Source: Candidatus Paceibacter sp. (GTDB lineage Bacteria; Patescibacteriota; Minisyncoccia; UBA9983). From it: a stretch of DNA of 64,000 nucleotides. The stretch is from the NCBI GenBank assembly GCA_013360865.1, contig JABWAS010000004.1, positions 412-64,411 of the forward strand, in the 5' to 3' direction. The position numbers and the translations under genes are program-made. Shown piece by piece: positions 1-9,358 of this stretch. The notes below the pieces were generated by a model. It saw nothing but the letters and a program-made list of their open reading frames with translations, ran no database searches and had not been told where the DNA came from. The first letter of the stretch is position 1. The number at the start of each line of letters is the position of its first letter.

Positions 1-160
1 TTTTTGGAAGATTCTTGATCCACTCTCTTTCTTCTTTTAATGTCAGGCTTTTCCTCGTTGTATATTTATTGACGCTTGTATCGGACATCCATACGAAAAA
101 TCTATGAGCATCACTCATTTTTATTGGCCTTAAAATAATTTTATCGCCGCTCAAAATCAT
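1..160 (-). CDS. GNAT (RimJ/RimL-like) N-acetyltransferase, 5' part; runs off window start
   Basis: Manual translation from ATG at 160: MILSGDKIILRPIKMSDAHRFFVWMSDTSVNKY..., typical RimJ/RimL N-terminus; not in ORF track. Confidence 0.7.
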   Translation of the reverse strand, partial: MILSGDKIILRPIKMSDAHRFFVWMSDTSVNKYTTRKSLTLKEEREWIKNLPK

Positions 161-218
161 AAAATATTAACTGTAGGCAAGTTAGTAATTCTTAATATTA
201 TTTTGTTATAATACAGCG

Positions 219-665
219 ATGAAAGCAACCATGAACAGCGAACAACACGGATTGTTTAAAATAACTCAAAATATTTTTTTAGTTAACGAGGAGGGAGGGC
301 TTCTTTTGCTGCAGCATAACAGCGGCAAATGGCTTCTTGTCGGAGGACGACTAAATGTTTCAGAACGATGGGATAACGGGCTTAGAAGGGAAGTAAAGGA
401 AGAAACGGGCATATCGGATTTTTCCATAGACGGCATATTGCAGGTTGATAATTGGGAGCACAAAGGGCTTCATCAATACGGCGTTTTCTTTGTCGGGAAA
501 ACAAAAAAAGAAAATAAAATCAGTCTTAGTGACGAACACATAAACTATAAATGGGTAAAAAACATGGAAGAAATAAAAGAGCTTGATTTTTGGTCAACGG
601 AGTTGAAGGAAAGAATACTCGGCGGATTTAAAAAAATACAAAACTTGCCAGGTCGTTTTTTGTAA
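219..665 (+). CDS. NUDIX hydrolase
   Basis: Nudix box GGRLNVSERWDNGLRREVKEETG; LSDEH..YKWV. Confidence 0.9.
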   Translation: MKATMNSEQHGLFKITQNIFLVNEEGGLLLLQHNSGKWLLVGGRLNVSERWDNGLRREVKEETGISDFSIDGILQVDNWEHKGLHQYGVFFVGKTKKENKISLSDEHINYKWVKNMEEIKELDFWSTELKERILGGFKKIQNLPGRFL

Positions 666-681
666 ATATATTTATCTTTGT

Positions 682-1323
682 ATGCTCAGATCGGAACGCA
701 TTGCCAAAAAAATAAACGAAAAAATTGAGAGCTGGTTAAAAGACCAAGCTAAATTAGTCGTGGCTGTTGACGGTTACGCCGGATCGGGCAAGACCACGGT
801 CGCCGACTTCATTGCCAAAGAGAATCCGGACGCGCTGGCGGTCCATCTGGACGATTTCATCAATCATTGGAAAGACAGAAAGAAAATGATCGAACAAACT
901 GAAGATAAATCGCGAGTTTTTGAATATGACTGGTTTCGCTATGGCGATTTGGAAAAGCTAGTCAGTGAGTTTAAAAACAAAAGCAAAGGCTCAGTCAAAT
1001 TAAAAACTTACGACTATGACAAAAATGACTTCGGTCCACTGAAAACATTTGATCTGTCAAAGAAAATTTTAGTAATAGACGGTATCTTTCTTTTCCACCC
1101 CGGGCACAAAATAAGCAAGGAGTGGGACAAAAGAATTTACCTTGATGTTGATTTTGCCAAAGCGGATAAGAAACGGATCGCCCGAGAAAAGAAAAAATGG
1201 GGCAGTGCTTATATTCCGGAAAGTCACCCCGATAATTGGACTAGGTATTACAAAGAAGCTTACCGAAGATACGCGGAAGAATGCAGGCCTAAAAACAACG
1301 CCGATCTGGTCTTTAAAGTTTAA
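682..1323 (+). CDS. Uridine kinase-like P-loop kinase
   Basis: VAVDGYAGSGKTT Walker A, HLDDF, LVIDGIFL. Confidence 0.8.
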   Translation: MLRSERIAKKINEKIESWLKDQAKLVVAVDGYAGSGKTTVADFIAKENPDALAVHLDDFINHWKDRKKMIEQTEDKSRVFEYDWFRYGDLEKLVSEFKNKSKGSVKLKTYDYDKNDFGPLKTFDLSKKILVIDGIFLFHPGHKISKEWDKRIYLDVDFAKADKKRIAREKKKWGSAYIPESHPDNWTRYYKEAYRRYAEECRPKNNADLVFKV

Positions 1324-1502
1324 TTTTGGCAATTTTCCTCTATAATGGCTAAACGAACTTCATCCCAAGCGCGGAGTCACTAAAAAAGCTAGTATTTGTG
1401 TTGGTTGTTTTTTTATACCTATCGTGGAGTTAGAACTTTTTTAAAGGAAATAGTGAGTTGAAGTGTAGGAATAAAATCTGTTACAAAATTAAAAACAAGT
1501 AA

Positions 1503-1913
1503 ATGGAAAAAATTCACAAGACTGAAGAGGAATGGAAAAAAATACTTACTCCGGAGCAGTATAAAATACTACGACAGGGCGAAACCGAACCTGCTTTTAC
1601 TTGTCCAGTACAGGAGTTGAAAATTGATGGTTCGTATAACTGTGTTGCTTGCGATTTAGCACTTTTTCGTTCTGAAGCCAAATTTGAATCCGGTACCGGA
1701 TGACCAAGTTATTACAAACCGATTAATCTGGAAAATATTATTGAACGTCCTGATAATTCTTTTGGTATGCGCCGCACAGAAGTACTTTGTGGCAGATGCG
1801 AGTCTCATCTTGGCCATGTTTTTGATGATGGTCCCCCACCAACGGGAAAACGTTATTGCATAAATTCAGTGGCGCTAAAATTCAAACCAGATAGAGATGA
1901 TGGAGAAAATTAA
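1503..1913 (+). pseudogene. msrB: Peptide-methionine (R)-S-oxide reductase MsrB with an in-frame TGA at 1701-1703
   Basis: KFESGTG*PSY (canonical SGTGWPSF); the frame continues through [22 protein letters not shown] to TAA at 1911-1913. Confidence 0.85.
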
Positions 1914-2463
1914 TTTACAAAAAATTGAAAACGTAGCATTCGGAGGCGGATGCTTTTGGTGTACAGAAGCCGTGTTTTTGATGCTCAAAGGTGTTATTAC
2001 TGTGACCTCCGGCTATGCTGGAGGCAAACTGCCTAATCCTACTTATGAGCAGGTTTCTACCGGGACTACGGGCCATGCAGAAGTAATTTTAGTTGAATAT
2101 AATCCAGAAATGATATCTTTTGAAAAATTGCTGGAAGTGTTTTTTGACAGTCATGACCCAACAACTCTGAACCGCCAAGGCAACGACGTTGGGACCCAAT
2201 ATCGTTCAATTTTGCTTTACACAATGCCTGAACAACAACAATTGGCGGAAGGCTACATTAAAAAACTTGGAAATTCAAAGAAGTACAACAAACCAATAAT
2301 CACTGAACTTGTTCCCTTGGAGAAATTTTACCCCGCGGAAGAGGAACACGAGAGATTTTATGCAAGACATCCCGAAGAAGGATATTCAACGGCTATAATC
2401 AAACCAAAAACTGAAAAGATAAAAGAGAAATATTCTAAACTAATAAAAACCCCAAAACATTAG
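1897..2463 (+). CDS. msrA: Peptide-methionine (S)-S-oxide reductase MsrA
   Basis: [42 protein letters not shown]. Confidence 0.97.
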   Translation: MMEKINLQKIENVAFGGGCFWCTEAVFLMLKGVITVTSGYAGGKLPNPTYEQVSTGTTGHAEVILVEYNPEMISFEKLLEVFFDSHDPTTLNRQGNDVGTQYRSILLYTMPEQQQLAEGYIKKLGNSKKYNKPIITELVPLEKFYPAEEEHERFYARHPEEGYSTAIIKPKTEKIKEKYSKLIKTPKH

Positions 2464-2616
2464 TGAGTACCAGGATAGGGCAGTCGACAATTACTTTGCC
2501 CATATTTTGCATATTTTGCGCAGAATTGAGCATTATTGAGTAGATTTCGAGCAAACTTGCATAGATTTTGTAGATATCCGGGGATGTTTAGCAAAAATTA
2601 AATTCAAATAAATATT

Positions 2617-2913
2617 ATGAGATTACAATTAGAAAAGTTTGGAAAAACACTGATATCGCGAGAGCTGGGCAGCGAAGCATATAGAGCCTTTCAGCCAACC
2701 TTGCGCGATTTTGCGCCAACCGAGGAATTGGAAATAGATTTCTCCGGTATCTTGACCATCTCGCCTTCTTGGGTTGATGAATTTTTAAGCCCGCTTTTAA
2801 ATGTTCTCGGCGAGAGATTGGCGCTTCTTCCGAGTGACAATCTCTCCGTGCAGGCAACGCTCAAGATCCTTCAAGAGGCGAATAAAAAAGTATTTAAGAT
2901 CAAGGGCAAATAG
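2617..2913 (+). CDS. STAS-like (DUF4325-type) small protein
   Basis: FGKTLISRELG, IDFSGI..ISPSWVDEF pattern. Confidence 0.7.
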   Translation: MRLQLEKFGKTLISRELGSEAYRAFQPTLRDFAPTEELEIDFSGILTISPSWVDEFLSPLLNVLGERLALLPSDNLSVQATLKILQEANKKVFKIKGK

Positions 2914-2963
2914 ATCTTTTTGAAACAGCCGCCGCCCGTCCGCCAACCGGTGGACTCGCGCAT

Positions 2964-3043
2964 AGCAAAAAAGTTTTCTCTGCTTTTCTGATTTTGCGCG
3001 CGCCGGATTTTTTCTTCTAAAAGGAAAAGAAAACTTTTTTGCT
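2964..3043. repeat. Perfect 16-bp inverted repeat (AGCAAAAAAGTTTTCT / AGAAAACTTTTTTGCT)
   Basis: Arms 2964-2979 and 3028-3043, read directly. Confidence 0.85.
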
Positions 3044-3073
3044 GGCTTCTGCTCTGACCGAGCAGGGCGGCAA

Positions 3074-3167
3074 GGCTGGCCTATATTTTTGCTCGGTCGC
3101 GGCGGAATTACCCCACACCCCCTTCCGCCTCGCCCTCGCTTGGGCTGGCGAATTTTTTTGCGGAGCT
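3074..3167 (+). repeat. 94-bp inverted repeat, left copy
   Basis: Exact reverse complement of 7655-7748. Confidence 0.95.
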
Positions 3168-3256
3168 CCAGTGCGCGGGCAAGTTGGCGGAACTCACTAA
3201 ATTAGTATATGACAATTTGGAATATAACACAATGGAATATTACCATATAGATAACT

Positions 3257-3478
3257 ATGGTTAAAGCAATTTTATCAAAAGACCATAAATACACTGTTGA
3301 GCAGTTGAAAAAAGCTCGCCAAGAGGCCGGTTTAGATCAGGCGGAAGTAGCCAAACTGCTCGGGAAAACCCAATCTCATGTCTCAAAGGTAGAAGCCGGA
3401 CAGAGGCGTATTGATATTGTTGCACTCAAGGAGTTTGCCTGGATTTATAAAAAGCCACTGGATTATTTTTTGAAATAA
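3257..3478 (+). CDS. XRE-family HTH regulator (controller-protein-like)
   Basis: LKKARQEAGLDQAEVAKLLGKTQSHVSKVEAGQRRID; directly upstream of a nuclease gene. Confidence 0.9.
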   Translation: MVKAILSKDHKYTVEQLKKARQEAGLDQAEVAKLLGKTQSHVSKVEAGQRRIDIVALKEFAWIYKKPLDYFLK

Positions 3479-3479
3479 C

Positions 3480-4442
3480 ATGTCTGGCCTTTCTGATTAC
3501 ATAAAAAATAGATTCGGGGTTGATGAAGACATCTTCCTCGAAGCAATAAATATAAGCCCTAGTGCCAGGGGGTATATTATGGGTGCAATAAGTGAGTTAT
3601 TTTTGGCTGAGTATTTAAAAAAGAAAGGTTTTGAGGTTCTTAGGATTAAAGAAAAACCGAAAGGCGGCAACAATGCAAAAAGTTCTGAAGCTCGAGGCGA
3701 TTTTTACATTCGACCAATAAATTCCGAAGAAGATAAATGGTTGGTTATAGAGAGTAAAGGACTAAAAAGCAACTCAGAATTTCGGGGAGATAAATTGAAT
3801 AGTCCGGACAAGCTATTTAGATTCCTTAAAGCTGTTGTGTCTTTAGCGAAAAACAAGTCAAAAACTTATGAGAATGGTTTGCGCTCGTATAAGCGAATAA
3901 AAGCGTTATGGGAAGCAAAAAACAAAAGAAAGTCATTTCCACAATTTAATTGGAATAAAGAATTTCCCGGTCCCATTGCGTGCGACTTGAGTAAAATTTG
4001 GAAATCTGAAGACGATTTGAAAAAATGGGTGTACGCTTTGCCAAAAGAACTATTTACTGAAACAGCCTATAGAAAAGTTGCGGGCGCGATAGCAATCCTT
4101 GAGACTCACCAACCGAGTACTAGAGTTGCGCCCATAACTGGTTTAAAACAAGCTGCTCCTCTTGTAAGTGACTTTAACATTATGGCCGTTGATCTCTTTT
4201 TAAGAACCGGAAAACATGAGTTTGTTTTTATGAATTCGTCGGAGATTAGTCATTCGCCGACTTCTCCCGAACACTTATACCAAAATTATGTTATTGATAT
4301 TTTAGTCAAAGGGAGAAAAGAGGAGCTTCGGATAAATCGCCCTTGGTATACCGATATCGAGGCGTGCATCAAAACAACCAAACCACAATATCGGATTATT
4401 GATAAAAGCCAGCTTGATAACAGAGAAGTAGAGGAAATGTGA
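3480..4442 (+). CDS. Putative PD-(D/E)xK restriction endonuclease
   Basis: GAISE...RGDFY...VIESKG catalytic-like motif; lies between HTH and MTase. Confidence 0.65.
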   Translation: MSGLSDYIKNRFGVDEDIFLEAINISPSARGYIMGAISELFLAEYLKKKGFEVLRIKEKPKGGNNAKSSEARGDFYIRPINSEEDKWLVIESKGLKSNSEFRGDKLNSPDKLFRFLKAVVSLAKNKSKTYENGLRSYKRIKALWEAKNKRKSFPQFNWNKEFPGPIACDLSKIWKSEDDLKKWVYALPKELFTETAYRKVAGAIAILETHQPSTRVAPITGLKQAAPLVSDFNIMAVDLFLRTGKHEFVFMNSSEISHSPTSPEHLYQNYVIDILVKGRKEELRINRPWYTDIEACIKTTKPQYRIIDKSQLDNREVEEM

Positions 4443-4458
4443 GTTATCCACATTGAGA

Positions 4459-4500
4459 TAATACACCGCTGTGTAGTATAATTTACACAACGGTGTATTA
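4459..4500 (+). promoter_or_regulatory. 17-bp imperfect palindrome with TATAAT in its centre, upstream of the MTase
   Basis: TAATACACCGCTGTGTA-GTATAATT-TACACAACGGTGTATTA; TTATCCACA at 4444-4452. Confidence 0.6.
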
Positions 4501-4514
4501 TTTTACTTAATTTT

Positions 4515-6614
4515 ATGCAAAAGCAAATGCTTTTTCCAGAGTTGGAACAAATATCAAAAGACGACCTTAAAAAGGCCGAGAATCTTTTTAAGGTTTTTGG
4601 CGATATTCATAACCACATTTATGCTAACGATGGTCTCTCCTCTCAAGAAGCCTTTGCCGAAGTTCTAAAATTGCTTTTTATAAAAGTTGAAGATGAGCGA
4701 GGCGATGAAAAAAAATCAAAATTTTATATTTCGGAAGTTGAGAAAGATGAAATTAGTGATGGACGAGACGACACATTTCGTAAAAGGATTGTAGAGCTTT
4801 TTGATAAAGCAAAAAAGGACTACGACGATGTTTTTGATGAATCAGAAAAAATCAATCTCAAAACTGCGACCCTGGCATTTGTTGTTAGCAAACTTCAAAA
4901 CCTCAATCTTTCTCGTTCGGAGAGAGATGTTAAAGGAACGGCCTTTCAAAAATTTGTTTATTCTCATCAGCGTGGAGAACGCGGCCAGTTTTTTACACCT
5001 GATCCAATAATCCGGCTCTGTGTAGAATTTTTATCTCCACAAAAAAATGAGAAGGTCCTCGATCCTGCGTGCGGTACCGGCGGTTTCTTAGTAGAGGCCA
5101 TGAAGTATGTTTGGCAAAACAATTTCGCAAATATTAAGGACAGCGAACAAAGAAAAAAGAAAGAAATGGAATATGCCGAAAATCATCTTTTTGGTATAGA
5201 AATCAATCCTCTTGTCGCAAAGGTAGCAAAAATGCGAATGATTTTAGAAGACGATGGCTATTCTGGAATCGTCAATACTAATTCTCTTTCAAATATCCAT
5301 GCTATACAGAAGGAATTTTCAAAATCCACGAAATTAAACAAGATTGAAGGTTCTTTTGATTTAATTTTGACTAATCCACCATTTGGTTCTCAAGGTAAAG
5401 TTACAAACGAAAATGTTTTGCGAGATTTTTCACTTGGATATAAATGGTCAAAGGATAGTCGTGGAAAACTCGTTGCTACCAATCAATTACAGAATGGGCA
5501 AGTGCCGGAGATACTGTTTATCGAGCGTTGTCTTGGGTTATTAAAAGACGGAGGAAAACTAGCGATAGTTCTTCCAAATGGCGATTTTGAAAATTCCAGC
5601 CTCGATTATGTCAGAGAGTTTATAAATTCTAAGGCTAAAATTTTAGCAGTTGTTGCTTTGCCACCCGAAACTTTTATACCCCATGGGACGGGCGTTAAGG
5701 CCTCGCTGTTGTTCTGTCAAAAACTTTCTCCGGTAGAACTGGAGGCGCAAAAGAAAAAGGACTATTCGATTTTCTTTGCCAAGATCACAAAAGTTGGTTA
5801 TGAAGGAAATAAGAATGGCACAATTATTTATAAAAAGGATTCGCAAGGAAGGGTTGTGGAAAATCAGGATGGCGATCCTATCATTGATGAAGATATATCA
5901 GAAATAATCTCGGCATATTCTCAGTTTAGAGAGAGCAAAAAAATAAAAGCAAATAATAATATATTTACACTACAATATAGTGAGCTGAATAACCGATTTG
6001 ATGTTGAGTACTACAATCCCGAATATCGTAAAATTCGAACTCTACTTTCGAAAGGAGGCGCTAAAAAACTTGGAGAGCTAGTTGAAGTAGTAACTAGAAA
6101 AAGCAAGAGACTCAAAACTCCGGAGGCGGTGATTCGCTATGTCGAATTATCTGATGCAAGTTCTATAAATGGCGAGCTTGTTTCTTATTCAGAGATGCAG
6201 GTGCACGAAGCTCCTAGTCGCGCTTCTTATGAAATTGAGGAAGGAGATATTATTACTGCAGTTGCCGGTAACTCTATCGGAACAAAAAACCATGCCACAG
6301 CAATTGTAAGGCGAGATTTTAGTGGAGCAATATGTACGAACGGTTTTAGAGTTTTGAAAGCAAACAGCATTAATCCATATTATCTTTTCGCAATTCTACG
6401 ATCTGATATTTTTCTATCACAAATATTTAGATTACGGACTGGGGCGGCAATACCTTCGGTTTCTGATGAAGATTTAAAAAACATCCTAATTCCTATACCT
6501 CCAGAGACCGAACAGAAAAAAATAGAAAAAACAATCCGAGAAGGTTTAGAGTTGAGAGAGAAATCACGTCAGCTTTTAGACGGTATCTCTCTGGAGGCAT
6601 ATATTTTGAAGTAA
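4515..6614 (+). CDS. N6-adenine DNA methyltransferase (HsdM-like) fused to a C-terminal specificity (TRD/HsdS-like) domain
   Basis: GQFFTP, DPACGTGGFL, TNPPF; C-terminal KKLGELV...GAAIPSV..DLKNILIPIPP..EQKKI. Confidence 0.92.
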   Translation: MQKQMLFPELEQISKDDLKKAENLFKVFGDIHNHIYANDGLSSQEAFAEVLKLLFIKVEDERGDEKKSKFYISEVEKDEISDGRDDTFRKRIVELFDKAKKDYDDVFDESEKINLKTATLAFVVSKLQNLNLSRSERDVKGTAFQKFVYSHQRGERGQFFTPDPIIRLCVEFLSPQKNEKVLDPACGTGGFLVEAMKYVWQNNFANIKDSEQRKKKEMEYAENHLFGIEINPLVAKVAKMRMILEDDGYSGIVNTNSLSNIHAIQKEFSKSTKLNKIEGSFDLILTNPPFGSQGKVTNENVLRDFSLGYKWSKDSRGKLVATNQLQNGQVPEILFIERCLGLLKDGGKLAIVLPNGDFENSSLDYVREFINSKAKILAVVALPPETFIPHGTGVKASLLFCQKLSPVELEAQKKKDYSIFFAKITKVGYEGNKNGTIIYKKDSQGRVVENQDGDPIIDEDISEIISAYSQFRESKKIKANNNIFTLQYSELNNRFDVEYYNPEYRKIRTLLSKGGAKKLGELVEVVTRKSKRLKTPEAVIRYVELSDASSINGELVSYSEMQVHEAPSRASYEIEEGDIITAVAGNSIGTKNHATAIVRRDFSGAICTNGFRVLKANSINPYYLFAILRSDIFLSQIFRLRTGAAIPSVSDEDLKNILIPIPPETEQKKIEKTIREGLELREKSRQLLDGISLEAYILK

Positions 6615-6637
6615 ATTTACATGACAAGATTTTTCAC

Positions 6638-7714
6638 ATGCAAAAAATTAAAAGAAAAATTAGAATTATCCTTTATAAACTTTTCGGTAATTTACTCTTT
6701 GAATTAAAAACAAGAAAAAGAAGAAAGATACATCAGAAAATTAAACGAGAGCATTCCAAGCTTGAATCAGCTTTTAGGAAGCTAGAACAGAATTTGCAGG
6801 GAATAAATTACCCGAACAACGATTTTAATAAAATAATGTCGATGGTGCTCTCAGATTTAGAGTTATTTGAGCACATTGTCCGACGATTTAGACATGATAG
6901 ACAGATTTTGAGCTACATTTCCCGGGATGATCAATTTTTGCACTTTTTAGGCCCAAATAAGAGATCGTACCCGTCTCATCCATACGAGCGCGATAATAAT
7001 GCGGCAATAAAAATTGATGTTCAATCACTGTTTATGTTTGGAATGATTATGATAAGTCGGAGCCTGTTACTGTTAAAAATGTATCTGCCAGATAGAGGCA
7101 GTAAAAATGGAGAAGGGATGTATCATAAAATTGGGAATTTTTATTTTGAACTTAGCCAATCTAATCGGTTGTCGAATTTGTCACAAAAATTTAAGGATAA
7201 TTTTCTAACCAAAATTAAGTGGCTATATTCTGCCTTGAGGTTTTACAGAAATGAATTTATTGAGCATTTGGATAAGGGATATCAGCAAGGCATGAATTTT
7301 GGTGTTTATGGTAACGATTTTGCGCTTTCGTCATATAAATGGAACTATGGTGATAGCGATGACGAAAAAGTAGAAAAATTTAGGGCTAAACTTGAAAATG
7401 CAGGGGTTCAGATTTCTGGCAGAAGTAGTGGAGGTCGGAGTTTGATAAATAGATATTATATACAAAGAGTATTTGATAACATTGAATACGTGCCAGACAA
7501 TTTATTAAAAGAAGCGCTAGACCTTATTGAAGAGGTGGGAGTTCATTCTCCACAACCGGAAAAAGTTATATCGGAAATAGAAGGATATATGGTGGGCGTA
7601 TTAAATTTTATGTCCGATGAGTTGAAGAGTAGCGAATTGATCAAATATAAAAATAGCTCCGCAAAAAAATTCGCCAGCCCAAGCGAGGGCGAGGCGGAAG
7701 GGGGTGTGGGGTAA
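6638..7714 (+). CDS. Hypothetical protein, candidate HEPN RNase; last 19 codons and stop lie inside the right inverted repeat
   Basis: Helical-looking protein with YRNEFIEH (Rx5H) motif. Confidence 0.5.
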   Translation: MQKIKRKIRIILYKLFGNLLFELKTRKRRKIHQKIKREHSKLESAFRKLEQNLQGINYPNNDFNKIMSMVLSDLELFEHIVRRFRHDRQILSYISRDDQFLHFLGPNKRSYPSHPYERDNNAAIKIDVQSLFMFGMIMISRSLLLLKMYLPDRGSKNGEGMYHKIGNFYFELSQSNRLSNLSQKFKDNFLTKIKWLYSALRFYRNEFIEHLDKGYQQGMNFGVYGNDFALSSYKWNYGDSDDEKVEKFRAKLENAGVQISGRSSGGRSLINRYYIQRVFDNIEYVPDNLLKEALDLIEEVGVHSPQPEKVISEIEGYMVGVLNFMSDELKSSELIKYKNSSAKKFASPSEGEAEGGVG

Positions 7715-7748
7715 TTCCGCCGCGACCGAGCAAAAATATAGGCCAGCC
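7655..7748 (-). repeat. 94-bp inverted repeat, right copy
   Basis: Exact reverse complement of 3074-3167. Confidence 0.95.
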
Positions 7749-7820
7749 CTATTCTATATGGCCGATTTTGTGGTAAAATAAGTAAAAAGATTTTTAATTG
7801 CAGAGCTGCGGTTGTTTATA

Positions 7821-8828
7821 ATGAAAAATATTTTTAAGTTAATTTTTTCTGTTGCTGTTTGCGAACTCGCCGGATTTATAGGTTCTCTTTTTACCATGCC
7901 GGCGATAATGTCGGGCTGGTACGCCGGACTGGCCAAACCGGAACTCGCGCCCCCGAATTGGATATTCGCTCCGGTCTGGACGGTCTTGTTTGCCTTGATG
8001 GGCGTGGCCGTATTTTTAGTGTGGAAAAAAGGACTTGGAAACAAGGGAGTAAAGACCGCGTTGATAATTTTTGACACGCAGCTTGTTCTGAATGTTATTT
8101 GGTCGGTGATTTTCTTCGGGCTCAAAAGTCCCGGCTGGGCATTTGTGGAAATTGTTTTCCTCTGGTTGGCTATTCTTGCCGCGATCATTGCGTTCGCGCG
8201 CGTCTCCAGGCCGGCCGCCTGGCTTCTGGTTCCATACATTATCTGGGTGACTTTCGCCGGATATCTCAACTACTCAATCTGGCAGTTAAACGCATCTGGT
8301 TCAGGACAAGTTGCCTGCACGCAGGAGGCCAAACTTTGTCCGGATGGATCATATGTCGGGCGAGTCGGACCTAAGTGCGAATTTGCTCCGTGTCCCGGAG
8401 GAAATAACGACCTTTGGAAAACGACTACGGACGAAAAGACCGGCACAACATTCCAGTATCCGGAGACTTTGCTCACCACATACATCCAGACCGTAGATTG
8501 GCCGCCGCAGGTTCAGGTGTTGAATGAGACATATACTTGCACCGAAGCCGGAGAAGAAACCGCCCGTGCTGGTAAAACCGAAAGGCGAATGGTTGATAAC
8601 CGCGAATACTGCCGCACGAGCGTCGTGGAAGGCGCGGCCGGCAGTATCTACACGCAATATGCTTATGCGTTTCTGAAAGATAATAAAACCGTCATTTTCA
8701 CTTTTACCACTCGCGCGACGCAATGCGGCAATTATGACGAAACTGAGCGAGAATCGTGCGAAGGTGAAAGAGAAACTTTTGATATTGATAGCGTCGTTGA
8801 CCGCATGGCGCGAAGCGTTAAATTCTAA
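7821..8828 (+). CDS. TspO/MBR protein fused to a Cys motif (ACTQEAKLCPDGSYVGR) and an extracellular domain
   Basis: WYAGLAKPELAPPNWIFAPVWT, LLVPYIIWVTFAGYLN; ATG at 7821 preferred over TTG at 7812. Confidence 0.88.
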   Translation: MKNIFKLIFSVAVCELAGFIGSLFTMPAIMSGWYAGLAKPELAPPNWIFAPVWTVLFALMGVAVFLVWKKGLGNKGVKTALIIFDTQLVLNVIWSVIFFGLKSPGWAFVEIVFLWLAILAAIIAFARVSRPAAWLLVPYIIWVTFAGYLNYSIWQLNASGSGQVACTQEAKLCPDGSYVGRVGPKCEFAPCPGGNNDLWKTTTDEKTGTTFQYPETLLTTYIQTVDWPPQVQVLNETYTCTEAGEETARAGKTERRMVDNREYCRTSVVEGAAGSIYTQYAYAFLKDNKTVIFTFTTRATQCGNYDETERESCEGERETFDIDSVVDRMARSVKF

Positions 8829-8838
8829 AAAATAAAAT

Positions 8839-9306
8839 ATGGAAAATTACAAACATACGCAAATTGGTTACCTGATGCTGGTTATCACGCTGGCCGTGTT
8901 GGCGCTTTTCGCGTGGCTTCAAATTACGGCCAGAGCAGAGCCGCCCTCATACAATTCCGGCGCGAATTTTGCCATAACCGCCATAATGGCGTTAATTCTG
9001 TTTATTCTCGCGTCGTTTTCGACGCTGACCGTCGCCATTGACGGGCAGCTTTTGAAAGTCCGTTTTGGCTGGGGTATTTTCCGCAAAAAGTTTCCTTTAA
9101 CCGAGATCGCCGCGGTCAGGAAAGTAAAAAATCATTGGTATTATGGCTGGGGCGTCCGATTGCGGTTTTGGCCGCGTATGTGGATTTTTAATGTCTCCGG
9201 CTTTGACGCCATCGAACTTACCATGAAAAACGGAAAAATCTATCGCATCGGCACCGACGAGCCGGAAAAACTGGAAATGGCTATCCGGCAAGCGGCACAT
9301 CTATAA
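8839..9306 (+). CDS. Two-TM membrane protein with PH-like C-terminal domain
   Basis: Two hydrophobic helices, then GWGVR...FNVSG..AIEL...RIGTDEPE. Confidence 0.7.
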   Translation: MENYKHTQIGYLMLVITLAVLALFAWLQITARAEPPSYNSGANFAITAIMALILFILASFSTLTVAIDGQLLKVRFGWGIFRKKFPLTEIAAVRKVKNHWYYGWGVRLRFWPRMWIFNVSGFDAIELTMKNGKIYRIGTDEPEKLEMAIRQAAHL

Positions 9307-9358
9307 ATAGTTCCCACAAAAATTAGCCAACTTGGCGGTTTTTTGGTAAAATAAAAAC

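Noticed and set aside
1340-1460. Possible C-terminal remnant of a serine recombinase (TYRGVRTFLKEIVS)
   Set aside because: Too short and based only on vague resemblance
1701-1703. Selenocysteine or genome-wide TGA recoding (code 25 or 4)
   Set aside because: The TGA is at a Trp position, the catalytic Cys is TGC, and TGA ends intact genes elsewhere (4442, 10384, 44414) with no other interrupted long genes
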